Below, piece after piece: positions 1 to 10,827 of a stretch of 64,000 nucleotides of DNA. Positions within the stretch are counted from its first letter, which is position 1. The number at the start of each line of letters is the position of its first letter. Below the pieces are notes generated by a model. The model was not told where the DNA came from and made no database searches. It worked only from the letters and a program-made list of their open reading frames with translations. Both the position numbers and the translations under genes were made by a program. The stretch is from an uncultured Actinomycetota bacterium (GTDB lineage: Bacteria > Actinomycetota > Actinomycetes > Propionibacteriales > Kribbellaceae): assembly GCA_963820655.1 (NCBI GenBank), contig CAWGAM010000002.1, positions 1,631,868-1,695,867 on the forward strand, read 5' to 3'.

Positions 1-131
1 AACGTCCACGCCCACGACCTCGAAGTACCGTCTCACCGCCTCGACGTGCGGGTTCGGCTGCTCGGACATCACACCTCCTGCGTCTGTTCGCTCTTCAGTC
101 TCTACGCAGTGTGGAGGGCAGCTGGTCCCGC

Positions 132-1257
132 TCAGGCCTTGTTGGCAGCGGCGAGTTGGCCGCAGGCGCCGTCGATCTCCTGGCCGCGGGTGTCGCGGAC
201 GGTGGTGGGGATGCCGCCGGCCTCGAGGCGGCGGACGAACTCGCGCTCGTCGGCCGGGTCGGAGGCGGTCCACTTCGAGCCGGGCGTCGGGTTCAGCGGG
301 ATCAGGTTCACGTGCACCCAGCCCCAGTCGCCGCGGGCCCGCAGCTTCTCCGCCAGCAGGTCGGCCCGCCAGGCGTGGTCGTTGATGTCGCGGATCATCG
401 CGTACTCGATCGAGACCCGGCGCTTGGTCTGCCGCGCGTACGCCCAGGCAGCGTCGAGCACCTCGTCGACCTTCCAGCGGTTGTTGATCGGCACGAGCTC
501 GTCGCGCAGTTCGTCGTCCGGCGCGTGCAGCGACAGCGGCGAGCGTGACCGGGATCCCCTCGGTCGCGAGCTGGTTGATCCGCGGCACGAGCCCGACCGT
601 CGACACGGTCACGCCACGCGCCGAGATCCCGAGACCCGTCCGGCGACGGATCCGTGAACCGCCGGACCGCGCCGATCACGGCCTTGTAGTTGGCCATCGG
701 CTCGCCCATGCCCATGAACACGATGTTGCTGACCCGGCCCGGTCCGCCGGCGATCTCGCCGCGGGACAGCGCCCGCGCACCGTCGACGACCTGCTCGACG
801 ATCTCGGCGGTGCGTCATGTTGCGCGTCAGCCCGGCCTGACCGGTCGCGCAGAACGGGCACGCCATCCCGCACCCCGCCTGCGACGACACGCACATGGTG
901 GCGCGGTCCGGATAGCGCATCAGGACGGATTCGACCAGCGAACCGTCGAGCAGCTTCCACAGCGTCTTGCGGGTCGTGCCCGTTGTCGCACTCCATGTCC
1001 CGCACCCGGGTCAGCAGCGGCGGCATCAGGTCGGCCACCAGCTTGTCCCGGGTCGCGGCCGGCAGATCGGTCATCTCGGCCGGGTCGGACACCAGCCGGG
1101 AGAAGTAGTGGTTCGACAGCTGCTTCGCCCGGAACGCGGGCTCCCCCAGCGCGGCGACCGCCGTACGACGCTCCTCCCCGGTGAGGTCGGCCAGGTGCCG
1201 CGGCGGCTTCTTGGCACGGCGCGGCTCATCGAAAACAAGAGGAAGGGAGGTAGTCAT
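132..1257 (-). CDS. rlmN: 23S rRNA (adenine2503-C2)-methyltransferase RlmN (radical SAM); reading frame broken into 4 pieces by about 3 single-base frameshifts near 985, 808 and 635
   Basis: The minus-strand ORF pieces 676-1257, 609-920, 395-721 and 132-494 concatenate into a typical RlmN. Motifs present are [17 protein letters not shown] (radical-SAM cysteines), [11 protein letters not shown] and a C-terminal GACGQL. Near 808 the read ACG-C-ACCGCC versus the expected ACGACCGCC shows a 1-base insertion. Confidence 0.8.
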
Positions 1258-1336
1258 AACCGACCTATTGTCGCCCGCCGACGCAACGCCTTCACAAATT
1301 CACATCCCCCACGTGCCCAGGATCACAGGCCGCGCA

Positions 1337-1658
1337 TCACCGATCGCCCCGCGGACCGGCCGGCTCGTCGGCCGGTTCCTTGCGATCCGAGTGACCGAGC
1401 TTGCGATCCGGAGCGATCCGGTCACGCACCAGCTGCTTCAGCGTCGGGATCTCGGCGAACCCGCCCTCAGCCTTCCGCGACCACAGCGTCTCCCCGTCGA
1501 GCCGTGACGTCGAAGACGCCGCCGGTGCCCGGGACCAGCGCGACCTCCCCGAGCTCCTTCGGAAACGTGGTCAGCAACTCCTGCGCGGTCCACGCCGCCC
1601 GCATCAGCCACCGGCACTGCGTGCAGTACTCGATCTCCAACCGCGGCTCCCTCGTCAC
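1337..1658 (-). CDS. Rdx (SelW/SelT-like) family small redox protein, CxxC form; one frameshift near 1470
   Basis: PRLEIEYCTQCRWLMRAAWTAQELLTTFPKELGEVALVPGTGGVFDV is followed, after a frame change, by GGFAEIPTLKQLVRDRIAPDRKLG, which I read by translating the reverse complement of 1381-1466. Confidence 0.6.
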
Positions 1659-1786
1659 CCGTTCAGTATCGCGGACCCGGCGCCGTCCACCGTCCCCACC
1701 CAGCCAGAACCGACTTTGTGCACCAGATCCGCGCGGTAGGCGGCCGTCGTACGGATCTGGTGCACAAAGTGAGCCGGGCGCGGCCG

Positions 1787-2468
1787 TCAGGCCGAGTAGC
1801 CCTTCGGGGGGATGAGGGTGGCGAGCTGGTTGAAGGTGAGCCAGTACGTCGCCGTCGGGCCGAAGCCGGCCGGGTCGGCGATCAGCACGGTCGTGTCGCT
1901 GGAGTCGTACCCGATCACGGTGAAGTAGTGGTAGATCGTGTAGTTCGGGTAGCCCGGCGGGTGGTTGTTGGCCGGGGCAACGATGTTCGCGACGATCGGG
2001 TAGTTGTTGTCGATGTCGAGGATGACGTCGCGCCAGAGCAGGTCCCGCTGCGCCTGGGTGGGCGGGTCGTTCGGCATCTCCTTGGTCTCGTACCAGCCGG
2101 TGCCGACGTGGTTGTTCAGTACGCGGGTGACCTGGCCGATCCAGTCGGTGCCGTTGGTGGTGGTCGGCGAGCTCGTTGGCCAGCTGCTGCTGGCTCGGCG
2201 GCGAGATCCGCGCCGACAGCGCGATCCGGGTCGCGGCCGGGCCGCACCAGTAGCCGGTCTGCTGGTACTGGAAGTCGATGTTCAGCGTCTTGACGGCCTG
2301 CGTCGGAGTAGCCGAGCGACGGCACGTTCTTGGCCGCCGCGGCGGCACTCGGCGGAGACGATCGCGGTGGTGGCGGGCGGCCACCGCCGGGGTGGATGCC
2401 ATCGGCAGTACGGCGGCGGCGACGAGGGTCAGACCACCAAGGGCGGCCTTGATCTGTTGACTTGTCAT
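1787..2468 (-). CDS. secreted C39-like papain-fold cysteine peptidase; frameshift near 2160
   Basis: The N-terminal signal peptide is MTSQQIKAALGGLTLVAAAVLPMASTPAVAA. The catalytic-Cys region is FQYQQTGYWCGPAATRIAL, and the C-terminal half (ORF 1787-2077) lies in another frame. Confidence 0.5.
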
Positions 2469-2582
2469 GTCAGCTCCTCGACTCACAAGGGACGACCGGG
2501 GCGGGTCGTCCTCTGTTTGATGCGACACACTTGCGAACAGGTGAGTGAGAAAATCACCAACCTTTCGATCCGGGTCGAAGGG

Positions 2583-3492
2583 TCAGGCTGCCGCCTGCTC
2601 GACCGGCTCGATGATCTCCCGGACCAGCCAGCGCACGGCCCGCTCGGGATACGGCCTCGGTAGCGACAGCACGATGTGATCGAACCCCAGTCCGACGGCC
2701 TTTCGCACGATCGCGCGCGTCGACGCCGGGTCGTCGTACGAGACGATCTGCTGCAGCGACCGGCTGATCGTGGCCGCGGTCGCGGCCGATCCCCGCGCAC
2801 TCCGCGTCAAGCCGGCGTACCCGGTCCTCGAGGACGTCGAAGTCGGTGTGCGGCGGGCCGCTGATGTTCCAGATCGTCGGCGTACTCCGCGATCAGCCGC
2901 ATCATCCGGTTGCCCCAGCCGCCGATCAGCAGCGGCGGACCGGGGCGCTGGATCGGCTTCGGCTCGTTCCGGTTCTCTTCGAGCGTGTAGTACCGGCCGT
3001 GGAAGTCGAAGACGTCCTGCGTCCACATCCCGCGCAGGATCTCGATCGTCTCGCGCAGCCGATCCACGCCCTCCCCCGGCGGTACGAGCGTCAGCCCGTA
3101 CGCCGCGTACTCCGCGATGGCCGGATTCGGTCCGGCGATGCCGCTCAGGCCGGCGGCTGATGCGTACCGCCGGCGCCGAGCCCCATGACGAGCCGGCCGC
3201 CGGAGATCACGTCCAGCGTGCTGGCGATCTTGCCGAGCACCGCCGGTGGGCGGATCCGGTTGCTGGTGACGAGCAGACCGAGGCGGAGCCGGGTGGTCTG
3301 GGCGGCGAGCGCGGTGAGCAGCGTCCAGCCTTCCAGTACGTCGCCGTCCTTCGGGCCGACCAGTGGCAGAAAGTGGTCCCACAGCCAGGCGTCGCGGAGC
3401 TGCGGCACCTCGTCGGCCTCCAGCCAGACGCGCTGGATGTCGGCGTACGGGACATGCATCGGGGTGGTCTTCAGACCGAAGGTCAGTTCCAT
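2583..3492 (-). CDS. LLM-class (luciferase-like) F420/flavin-dependent oxidoreductase; at least 2 frameshifts
   Basis: Three pieces cover the protein: N-term MELTFGLKTTPMHVPYADIQRVW...LGKIASTLDVISGGRLVMGLGAGG, a middle piece FHGRYYTLEENRNEPKPIQRPGPPLLIGGWG, and C-term LGFDHIVLSLP. Confidence 0.65.
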
Positions 3493-3509
3493 AATCGTCA
3501 GGGTAACTG

Positions 3510-4049
3510 ATGATCAGCTCTCCTGACGATCAGGTACCCGGTAGATTTCGCCGTATGGTGTCGGACCGGCTGGGGTATCTGCTCAAACACGTCCTCGCGC
3601 GGCTGACCGAGGCGCAGACCAAGGCGCTGGCACCGCACGGGCTGAACGGCCGCGATCTGGCCGTGCTGTCCGCGGTCGCGTCCGGGGAGCCGCTGTCGCA
3701 GCTCGAGGTCGCTGCCCGGCTCCGGGTCGACCGGACCTCGATCGGCGACCTGCTGGACGGCCTGGAGGAGCGCGGGCTGGTCGAGCGCCGGCGTAGCGCT
3801 GAGGACCGGCGTCGCAACGTCGTCGTGCTGACCGCTGAGGGCGAGAGCACCTTCAAGGCGGCCGAGCGGATCCGGCTCGAGGTGAGAACGCGAGTTCCTC
3901 GCTCCCCTGCGCGACGGCGACCGTTTTCGCGCGGACCTGCGAGATCTTCTCGGGGAATGAGGCCTCTGCCGCAGCCGTTGGACTGTGCATCATGGCTGCT
4001 CTCTCCGGCGTTCCGTTGTCTGTCCTGGACCGCTCGCGGACGCGAGTAG
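3510..4049 (+). CDS. MarR family transcriptional regulator; C-terminal end uncertain, overlaps the next gene start
   Basis: The winged-HTH region is LNGRDLAVLSAVASGEPLSQLEVAARLRVDRTSIGDLLDGLEERGLVERRRSAEDRRRNVVVLTAEG. Confidence 0.7.
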   Translation: MISSPDDQVPGRFRRMVSDRLGYLLKHVLARLTEAQTKALAPHGLNGRDLAVLSAVASGEPLSQLEVAARLRVDRTSIGDLLDGLEERGLVERRRSAEDRRRNVVVLTAEGESTFKAAERIRLEVRTRVPRSPARRRPFSRGPARSSRGMRPLPQPLDCASWLLSPAFRCLSWTARGRE

Positions 4050-4997
4050 GTGAGACTGAGGCCGAGACGCTGCGTGCGACCGTCGAGCTGGCTCGGCAGG
4101 TCGAAGAGCTTGGCTACAAGCGGTTCTGGGTGTCAGAGCACCACAGCGTGCCCGGCGTGGTCGGTTCGGCTCCGACGGTCCTCGCGGCTGCGGTCGCCGC
4201 CCGACACCCGGCAGATCCGTGTCGGCACAGGCGGTGTGATGCTGCCGAACCACCGGCCTCTCGTGGTGGCCGAGCAATTCGGAGTGCTGGAGTCGCTGTA
4301 CCCGGGCCGGATCGACATGGGCCTCGGCCGATCGGTCGGCTTCACGAACGGCATCCGCCGGGCGCTGGGTGTCGACAAGGATGCGGCTGAGGACTTCGCC
4401 GCGCAGGTCCGTGAGCTCCTCGGCTACCTCGCCGGCACGCAGCAGAACCAAGTCCATGCACGCCGCCCGGCGAAGGCCTGCGCATCCCGCCGTTCATCCT
4501 CGCTGTCGGAGAAGGTGCACTCCTCGCTGCCTCCCTAGGCCTTCCGCTGGTCATCGCCGGTGTGCGCGGTGAGTCAGAGCTGCTTCAACTGCTCGACCGC
4601 TATCGCACTGCGTTCGAACCGTCCGCCTGGGCTCCACGGCCGTACGTCGTACTCGCGGTGACTGCCGCGGTTGCGGAGACCACGGAGGAGGCTCGGCAGC
4701 TACTGCTGCCTGAGGCGTGGGCCAGCGCGTACTCGCGCACCCGTGGAGTCTTCCCACCTTTGGAGCCGGCGGTGGCAGCGCGACATGACGTCCAAGCAGC
4801 GAGAGTTCTTCGAGCAGTCGCTCCGAGGCCAGATCTACGGCACACCTGACGAAGTCGACGCAGCACTCGGCGGTCTCGTACACCGTACCGCCGCGGACGA
4901 AGTGTTGATCACCACGAACACCTACGACCGGGCCGACCTGTTGGCGTCGTACGCCGCTCTCGCGGAGCTGGCGCTACCGGTTGATGCGCGCCTCTAG
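3992..4997 (+). CDS. LLM-class flavin-dependent oxidoreductase (MsnO8-like); about 3 frameshifts near 4205, 4475 and 4785
   Basis: MAALSGVPLSVLDRSRTRVGETEAETLRATVELARQVEELGYKRFWVSEHHSVPGVVGSAPTVLAAAVAA continues as IRVGTGGVMLPNHRPLVVAEQFGVLESLYPGRIDMGLGRS and further across the 4050, 4562 and 4671 frames. Confidence 0.65.
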
Positions 4998-5582
4998 GCG
5001 CTTGCGGATCCCGGGCCACTCGTCGGCCAGGATCGAGAACACCACGGTGTCGCGGAACGAGCCGTCCGCCAGACGCTTGTGCCGACGCAGCACACCCTCG
5101 CGGGTCGCGCCGAGCTTGGCGATGGCCGCCTGCGACCGGGTGTTCGTGGACCCGGTCTGGATCTTCACCCGGCCGAATCCGCAGTCATCGAAGGCGTGCT
5201 GGAGCAGCAGGAGCTTGGCCGCCGGGTTCACCGCCGTACCCCAGACCGCCGGCGCGTAGCCGGTCCAGCCGAGGTGGATGCTCTCGTTGGGTACGTCGAC
5301 ATCGCCGAGACCCGACGTACCGACGACGGTGCCCGCGGCGCCAAGGGGGCTGTCGGCGACCAATCGGACCACGTACGCGCAGCGGCTCGCCGTACACCGG
5401 ATCCACTGGGTCCGCATCGCTTCCGCATCGGCCGGCATTCCGGCGAGCCCGCCCTCGAATCCGGCGGCGTACACCTGCTCGTTGCCGATCGCGGCGTACA
5501 GCTCCTCGATGTCGCTGTCCCGCAGCCGGTCCAGCCGCACGACGTCGCCCAGCAGGGGCCGTCCGTCCGGCGCGACCGTCAT
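4974..5582 (-). CDS. GNAT family N-acetyltransferase (RimJ/RimL-like); start MTVAPDG overlaps the cdsA stop (ATGA)
   Basis: The acetyl-CoA-binding region is HLGWTGYAPAVWGTAVNPAAKLLLLQHAFDDCGFGRVKIQTGSTNTRSQAAIAKLGATREGVLRRH. Confidence 0.7.
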   Translation of the reverse strand: MTVAPDGRPLLGDVVRLDRLRDSDIEELYAAIGNEQVYAAGFEGGLAGMPADAEAMRTQWIRCTASRCAYVVRLVADSPLGAAGTVVGTSGLGDVDVPNESIHLGWTGYAPAVWGTAVNPAAKLLLLQHAFDDCGFGRVKIQTGSTNTRSQAAIAKLGATREGVLRRHKRLADGSFRDTVVFSILADEWPGIRKRLEARINR

Positions 5583-6416
5583 GGCTGCACCAGCAGATGC
5601 AGCAGCAGCCAGACCGCGGGCGCCGTGGCCAGCAACGAGTCCAGCCGATCCATCACACCGCCGTGCCCGGGCAGCAGGTTGGACATGTCCTTGATGCCGA
5701 GGTCGCGCTTGATCATCGACTCGCCGAGGTCGCCGACCGTCGCGGTCAGGACGGCGATCGCACCGACGATCGCGCCGGCCCACCAGTTCCCGTCGAGCAG
5801 CCAGACGACCGAGCCGATGCCGGCCCCGATACATGCCAGCACCGAGCCGGCGAAGCCCTCCCAGGACTTCTTCGGGCTGATCGTCGGCGCCATCGGATGC
5901 TTGCCGAACAGGACACCCGCCGCGTATCCGCCGACGTCACTGGCGACCACGACCAGGAAGAACGTGACCACCCGCTCGGCGCCCGTCCGCGGGCTGGGCC
6001 AGCAGAATCGCGAAGCCGGCCAGCAGCGGCACGTAGCCGATCAGGAACACACCGGCCGAGGCGTCGCGGACGAAGCCGATCGAGCCGCCCGGCATCCGCC
6101 AGAAGATCGTCCCGAGCACGGTGAGCGCGAGCGCGACCAGCAGCGCCATCGGTCCGCCGAAGTACGCCGCCACCAGCATCGCCGCCGTACCGGCGAACAG
6201 CGGGATCCGCGGATGACCGCCCCGCCGGTGCGCAGGGCCTTGATCATCTCGTCGACGGCCACCAGCACGGCGGCCAGCACCAGGACGACGAACAGCACCT
6301 TCTGCCAGTACAGCGATCCGAGGATCAGCGCGCCGAGGCCGACACCCACCGCGATGGCCGCAGGCAGGTTCCGCCCGGCGCGACTCGGGTCGTCGGGCGT
6401 ACTCGTCGACGCCCAT
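5579..6416 (-). CDS. cdsA: phosphatidate cytidylyltransferase CdsA; about 3 frameshifts near 6375, 6230 and 5985
   Basis: The C-terminal piece reads SDVGGYAAGVLFGKHPMAPTISPKKSWEGFAGS...GDLGESMIKRDLGIKDMSNLLPGHGGVMDRLDSL. N-terminal transmembrane pieces lie in two other frames, and the start overlaps the frr stop. Confidence 0.8.
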
Positions 6417-6973
6417 CACACCTCGAGCAGTTCGGCTTCCTTGTGCTTGAGCAGGTCGTCGATCGAGTCGACGTACTTCTTCGTCAACCCGTCGAGCCGC
6501 TTCTCAGCACTCTTGCCCTCGTCCTCGCCCGCATCGCCGTCCTTGACGGTCTTGTGCACCTGGTCCATCGCGTGCCGGCGGATGTTGCGCACCGAGACCT
6601 TGGCTTCCTCGGCCTTGGTCTTGGCGACCTTGATGTACTCCTTGCGCCGCTCCTCGGTCAGCTGCGGCATCACCACCCGGATCACCGCGCCGTCGTTGCC
6701 CGGGTTCACGCCCAGGTCCGAGTCGCGGATCGCCTTCTCGATCGCGGTCATCGAACTCTTGTCGTACGGCGAGATCAGCACGGTCCGGGGCTCGGGGACC
6801 TGGAAACCGGCCAGCTGCTGCAGCGGCGTCGGGCTGCCGTAGTAGTCGGCCAGGATGCCCGCGAACATCTGCGGGTGCGCCCGGCCGGTGCGGATCGCGG
6901 CGAAGTCGTCCTTCGCGACCTCCACGGCCTTCGCCATCTTCTGCTCGGCTTCGCGGAGAGCTTGGTCGATCAC
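6416..6973 (-). CDS. frr: ribosome recycling factor
   Basis: An intact 185-aa [37 protein letters not shown]...[10 protein letters not shown]. Confidence 0.95.
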   Translation of the reverse strand: MIDQALREAEQKMAKAVEVAKDDFAAIRTGRAHPQMFAGILADYYGSPTPLQQLAGFQVPEPRTVLISPYDKSSMTAIEKAIRDSDLGVNPGNDGAVIRVVMPQLTEERRKEYIKVAKTKAEEAKVSVRNIRRHAMDQVHKTVKDGDAGEDEGKSAEKRLDGLTKKYVDSIDDLLKHKEAELLEV

Positions 6974-7079
6974 GACATTCCTCGCTTCCTCAGGGCCGCC
7001 TCGGCGCGGCCACTCCGACTCGCAACCCTACGAACGCAGGTTTACCAGATAACGGACATCCAGCCCGTGTCGAACGATC

Positions 7080-7865
7080 CTAGTGCACGGGCGGCGTACC
7101 TGGGCTACGGCCGGCGGAAACGACGGTGCCGATCTTCTCGCCGTGGACGACGCGGGCGATGTTGCCCTCCTCGAGACCGAAGATCACGATCGGCAGCGCG
7201 TTGTCGCGGGCCAGGCTGATCGCGGTCGCGTCGGCCACCCGCAGGCCGCGGGCGAGGAAGTCGTCGTACGACAGCTGGTCGAACTTGACCGCGTCCGGGT
7301 TCTTCTTCGGATCGGAGTCGTACACCCCGTCCACACCCTGCTTGCCCATCAGCAGCGCCTCGGCGCCGATCTCCAGCGCGCGCTGGGCGGCGACCGTGTC
7401 GGTGGAGAAGTACGGCATGCCGGAGCCGGCGCCGAAGATCACCACGCGGCCCTTCTCCAGATGCCGCTCGGCCTTGCGCGGGATGTACGGCTCGGCGACC
7501 TGGCCCATCGTGATGGCGGTCTGCACCCGGGTCTCGATGCCGATCTTCTCCAGGAAGTCCTGCAGCGCCAGGCAGTTCATCACCGTGCCCAGCATGCCCA
7601 TGTAGTCGGCCCGGTTGCGCTCCATCCCGCGCTGCTGCAACTCGGCACCGCGGAAGAAGTTGCCGCCGCCGACCACCACGGCGACCTGGACACCGGCCCG
7701 GACCACCTCGGCGATCTGCTTGGCGATCGAGTTCACCACGTCGGGATCGACGCCGAGCTTGCCGCCGCCGAACACCTCACCCGACAGCTTCAGCAGCACG
7801 CGGTGGTAGGCCGGAGCCAACGGCGAAGAGGCCGGACTCGTCTCGGTACCCAGGGTTTCCGTCAC
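7080..7865 (-). CDS. pyrH: UMP kinase; true start may be a few codons downstream
   Basis: [12 protein letters not shown]...[12 protein letters not shown]...GDPDAVKFD are classic PyrH motifs in an intact ORF. Confidence 0.93.
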   Translation of the reverse strand: MTETLGTETSPASSPLAPAYHRVLLKLSGEVFGGGKLGVDPDVVNSIAKQIAEVVRAGVQVAVVVGGGNFFRGAELQQRGMERNRADYMGMLGTVMNCLALQDFLEKIGIETRVQTAITMGQVAEPYIPRKAERHLEKGRVVIFGAGSGMPYFSTDTVAAQRALEIGAEALLMGKQGVDGVYDSDPKKNPDAVKFDQLSYDDFLARGLRVADATAISLARDNALPIVIFGLEEGNIARVVHGEKIGTVVSAGRSPGTPPVH

Positions 7866-7910
7866 GATTCCGGCCTCCTCGTCGATGAAGAACTGTAGCT
7901 GTTCCTGCGA

Positions 7911-8730
7911 TCAGGCGCCGACCTCGAAGCGGGCGAACCGCTTCACGGTCACACCGGCCTCGTCGAGCACAGCCTTCACGGTCTTCTTGCTCTCCTGGAC
8001 CGACGCCTGCTCGAGCAGCACGACGTCCTTGAAGAACCCGTTCACCCGGCCCTCGACGATCTTCGGCAGGGCCTGCTCCGGCTTGCCCTCCTCGCGGGCG
8101 GTCGCCTCGGCGATCCGCCGCTCGTTCTCGACCGTCTCGGCCGGGACCTCGTCGCGGGTGGTGTAGAGCGGGCGCATCGCGGCGGCCTGCATGGCGGCGC
8201 CGCGGGCGGCCTCGACGTTGTCGCCCTCGAACTCGACCAGGACGCCGACCTGGGCCGGCAGGTCCGCGGCACGCTTGTGCATGTACGCCGCGACCTGGCC
8301 GTCGAACACGGCCACCTTGCCGAGCTCGAGCTTCTCGCCGATGACCGCGGCCAGGGCCTCGATGTTCTCGGCGACGCGTCTTGCCGTCGGTCAGCTTCTC
8401 GTTCAGCAGGCCCTCGACGTCGCCGACCTTGCTCGCGGCGGCGTGCGCGACGATGTCGGCGGCGAGCTGCTGGAACTGCTCGTTCTTGGCGACGAAGTCG
8501 GTCTCGCAGTTCAGCTGGACCAGCGCGTTCTCCGCGGCGGCCACCAGGCCGTTGGTGGCGGACCGCTCGGCGCCACGCTTGGCGGCCTTGGCCGCGCCAT
8601 GGATGCGCAGCTCCTCGATCGCCTTCTCGAAGTCGCCGTCGGTGGTCTCGAGCGCCTTCTTCGCGTCCATCATGCCCGCGCCGGTGGTGTCGCGGAGCTT
8701 CTTCACGTCAGCGGCGGTGTAGTTCGCCAT
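7911..8730 (-). CDS. tsf: elongation factor Ts; one frameshift near 8350
   Basis: The N-term [28 protein letters not shown]...[12 protein letters not shown] is in the frame of ORF 7777-8832. The C-term [24 protein letters not shown]... is in the frame of ORF 7911-8315. Confidence 0.9.
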
Positions 8731-8807
8731 TCCTCGTTCTCTCGTCTTGTCGATGCGGCTGGATGGGCGGGGCAGGCCCGGTTCCGGACCTTGCGACGCA
8801 GCGGGGT

Positions 8808-8830
8808 GCCGCCCGGCGGGACCGGGCGGC
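8808..8830 (-). promoter_or_regulatory. perfect 9-bp stem-loop (GCCGCCCGG-CGGGA-CCGGGCGGC) in the rpsB-tsf intergenic spacer; no U-tract
   Basis: The inverted repeat can be read directly and lies between the rpsB stop (8842) and the tsf start (8730). It could attenuate or process the rpsB-tsf transcript. Confidence 0.4.
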
Positions 8831-8841
8831 ATCCGTGGCTG

Positions 8842-9882
8842 TCAGGCCTCGTCGGCCTTCGGGGTCTCCTCGGCCTTCGCCTCGGACTCGGTCCCCTCGA
8901 CCACGACGGCGTCGGTCGCGATCGGCTCGGTCAGCACGTCGGCGGCCTCCGCGGCGGGGGCCTCAGCAGCCGGAGCCTCAGCCTCGGCGGCAGGGGCCTC
9001 GGCGGCGGGGGCCTCAGCCTCAGCGGCAGGGGCCTCGGCGGCGGGGGCCTCAGCTTCGGCGGCCGGGGCGTCGGCTGCCTTGGCGTCAGCGGCCTTGGCG
9101 GCGCCGTTCTGGCTCTCCAGCAGCTCGCGCTCCCAGGCGGCCAGCGGCTCCTCGGCACCCAGCTCCTCGCCGGCCGCGGCGGCGCCCTGGCCACCACGCG
9201 ACATCAGACCGTCGGCAACGGCGTCGGCGACCACGCGGGTCAGCAGGCCGACCGAGCGGATCGCGTCGTCGTTGCCCGGGATCGGGAAGTCGACCTCGTC
9301 CGGGTCGCAGTTGGTGTCCAGGATGCCGATGATCGGCAGCTTCAGCTTGCGCGCCTCGTCGACCGCGAGGTGCTCCTTCTTGGTGTCCACGATCCACACG
9401 GCGGCCGGAACCCGGGCCATGTCGCGGATACCGCCGAGGGTCTTCAGCAGCTTGTCGTGCTCGCGCCGCTTCTGCAGCAGCTCCTTCTTCGTGACACCGG
9501 AGGCCGCGACGTCGTCGAAGTCGATCAGCTCCAGCTCCTTGAGCCGCTGGAGCCGCTTGTTCACGGTCTGGAAGTTGGTGAGCATGCCGCCCAGCCAGCG
9601 CTGGTTCACGTACGGCATGCCGACCCGGGTCGCCTGCTCGGCGATGGCTTCCTGGGCCTGCTTCTTGGTGCCGACGAACAGGATCGCGCCGCCGGAGGCG
9701 ACCGTGCTCCGAACGAACTCGTAGGCGCGGTCGATGTACGACAGCGACTGCTGCAGGTCGATGATGTAGATGCCGTTGCGCTCGGTGAGGATGTAGCGCT
9801 TCATCTTCGGGTTCCAGCGCCGGGTCTGGTGCCCGAAGTGCACGCCGCTCTCAAGGAGCTGCTTCATGGTCACGACGGCCAT
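8842..9882 (-). CDS. rpsB: 30S ribosomal protein S2 with an about 90-aa Ala/Glu/Pro-rich C-terminal repeat tail
   Basis: [27 protein letters not shown]... The start at 9882 is preceded by an AGGAGG Shine-Dalgarno sequence. The C-terminal tail is [12 protein letters not shown] x3. Confidence 0.95.
   Translation of the reverse strand: MAVVTMKQLLESGVHFGHQTRRWNPKMKRYILTERNGIYIIDLQQSLSYIDRAYEFVRSTVASGGAILFVGTKKQAQEAIAEQATRVGMPYVNQRWLGGMLTNFQTVNKRLQRLKELELIDFDDVAASGVTKKELLQKRREHDKLLKTLGGIRDMARVPAAVWIVDTKKEHLAVDEARKLKLPIIGILDTNCDPDEVDFPIPGNDDAIRSVGLLTRVVADAVADGLMSRGGQGAAAAGEELGAEEPLAAWERELLESQNGAAKAADAKAADAPAAEAEAPAAEAPAAEAEAPAAEAPAAEAEAPAAEAPAAEAADVLTEPIATDAVVVEGTESEAKAEETPKADEA
8940..9100 (-). 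repeat. in-frame tandem 36-bp repeat (3 copies) encoding [12 protein letters not shown] in the rpsB 3' end
   Basis: The DNA motif gcctcagcctcagcggcaggggcctcggcggcgggg is repeated. Confidence 0.7.
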
Positions 9883-10179
9883 GAGGGTGATTCCTCCTGT
9901 CGCGCCCGGTTGCTCGCCCGGGCGCTGTTCTCGGTTGTCTCGCGCCGAACCGGGTGGTCCGCCGCTCCTGATGCCCGTCGCACGAACCCACCCGGGAGGT
10001 CCCGGGACCGAGGGAAACGCGCAGTTGTGTGCGGGCATGCGTAGTCGTCCCACTTACAGGGGACGCCACCAAAAGTGTACGGGACCCGCCCCACCGAAGG
10101 CGAACCGGCCGCCGGTTATCCACAGCCCTCGAACTCACCGTCCGCAACCACCCGTCACGACGGCATGTTCCAGGGTATG

Positions 10180-10827
10180 AAGCTCATCCTCCTGGCCCTC
10201 ACCGCCACCCTCCTCACCCTCACCACCGCGCCCCTCGCCGAGGCGGCACCCCCGGCCGCCGGCTGGCCCCTCCACCCACGACCTGAAGTCGTGCGCGGCT
10301 TCGAGCTACCGGCGAAAGCCTGGCTTCCCGGCCACCGAGGCGTCGATCTGGCCGGCTCCCCCGGCCAACCCGTCCTGGCAGCCACCGCCGGCACGATCAC
10401 GTACGCCGGTCCACTCGCGGGACGCGGCGTGGTCACGGTCTCGGCCGGCCCCCGCCGTACTACCTACGAGCCGGTCGTCCCGGCGGTGGCCGTGGGCGCG
10501 ACCGTCACCGTGGGCGCCCTCATCGGCCACCTCTCCGCCGCCGGATCGCACTGCGCACCCGCGACCTGCCTGCACTGGGGCCTCATTCAGGGCAAGCAGT
10601 ACCTGAACCCGCTCACGCTGATCCCCGACCGCCCGGTCCGCCTCCTTCCGCTCGGCACGGACCCGCCGTCCCAGGTGGCAGCACCTCCACCTCAACCAAG
10701 CCCGCGCGCCGAACGTGTCAGTGCGCCGGCGGGCTCATCGCCGGCCGGGGAGCGGACAGCCGCCGCCATCGTCGTAACGACAGCAGCGCTGACGCTGGGC
10801 GCCGGACTGCTGATCAGACGGCACTAG
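10180..10827 (+). CDS. secreted M23 family metallopeptidase
   Basis: The signal peptide is MKLILLALTATLLTLTTAPLAEA, and PGHRGVDLAGSPGQPVLAATAGTITYAG...HLHWGL is LytM-like. Its position divergent from rpsB is conserved in actinobacteria. Confidence 0.8.
   Translation, partial: KLILLALTATLLTLTTAPLAEAAPPAAGWPLHPRPEVVRGFELPAKAWLPGHRGVDLAGSPGQPVLAATAGTITYAGPLAGRGVVTVSAGPRRTTYEPVVPAVAVGATVTVGALIGHLSAAGSHCAPATCLHWGLIQGKQYLNPLTLIPDRPVRLLPLGTDPPSQVAAPPPQPSPRAERVSAPAGSSPAGERTAAAIVVTTAALTLGAGLLIRRH

Noticed and set aside
1337-1658. Possible selenoprotein (in-frame TGA) in the Rdx/SelW-like gene.
   Set aside because: The redox motif is CxxC (CTQC), with Cys at the position where Sec would be. The only interruption is a frameshift, not a TGA codon at the motif, and no SECIS-like hairpin is evident.
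8191-10044. Long plus-strand ORFs (617 aa, 351-aa Arg-rich, 325 aa) across tsf and rpsB.
   Set aside because: They are antisense to unmistakable tsf and rpsB coding sequence. Their products are Arg/Pro/Gly-rich low complexity, typical of stop-free antisense frames in 70% GC DNA.
9883-10179. A tRNA or small RNA gene in the 300-bp rpsB / M23 divergent intergenic region and other gaps.
   Set aside because: No T-loop (GGTTCGA) or cloverleaf-compatible segments were found in any intergenic gap. These regions are most simply divergent promoter regions.
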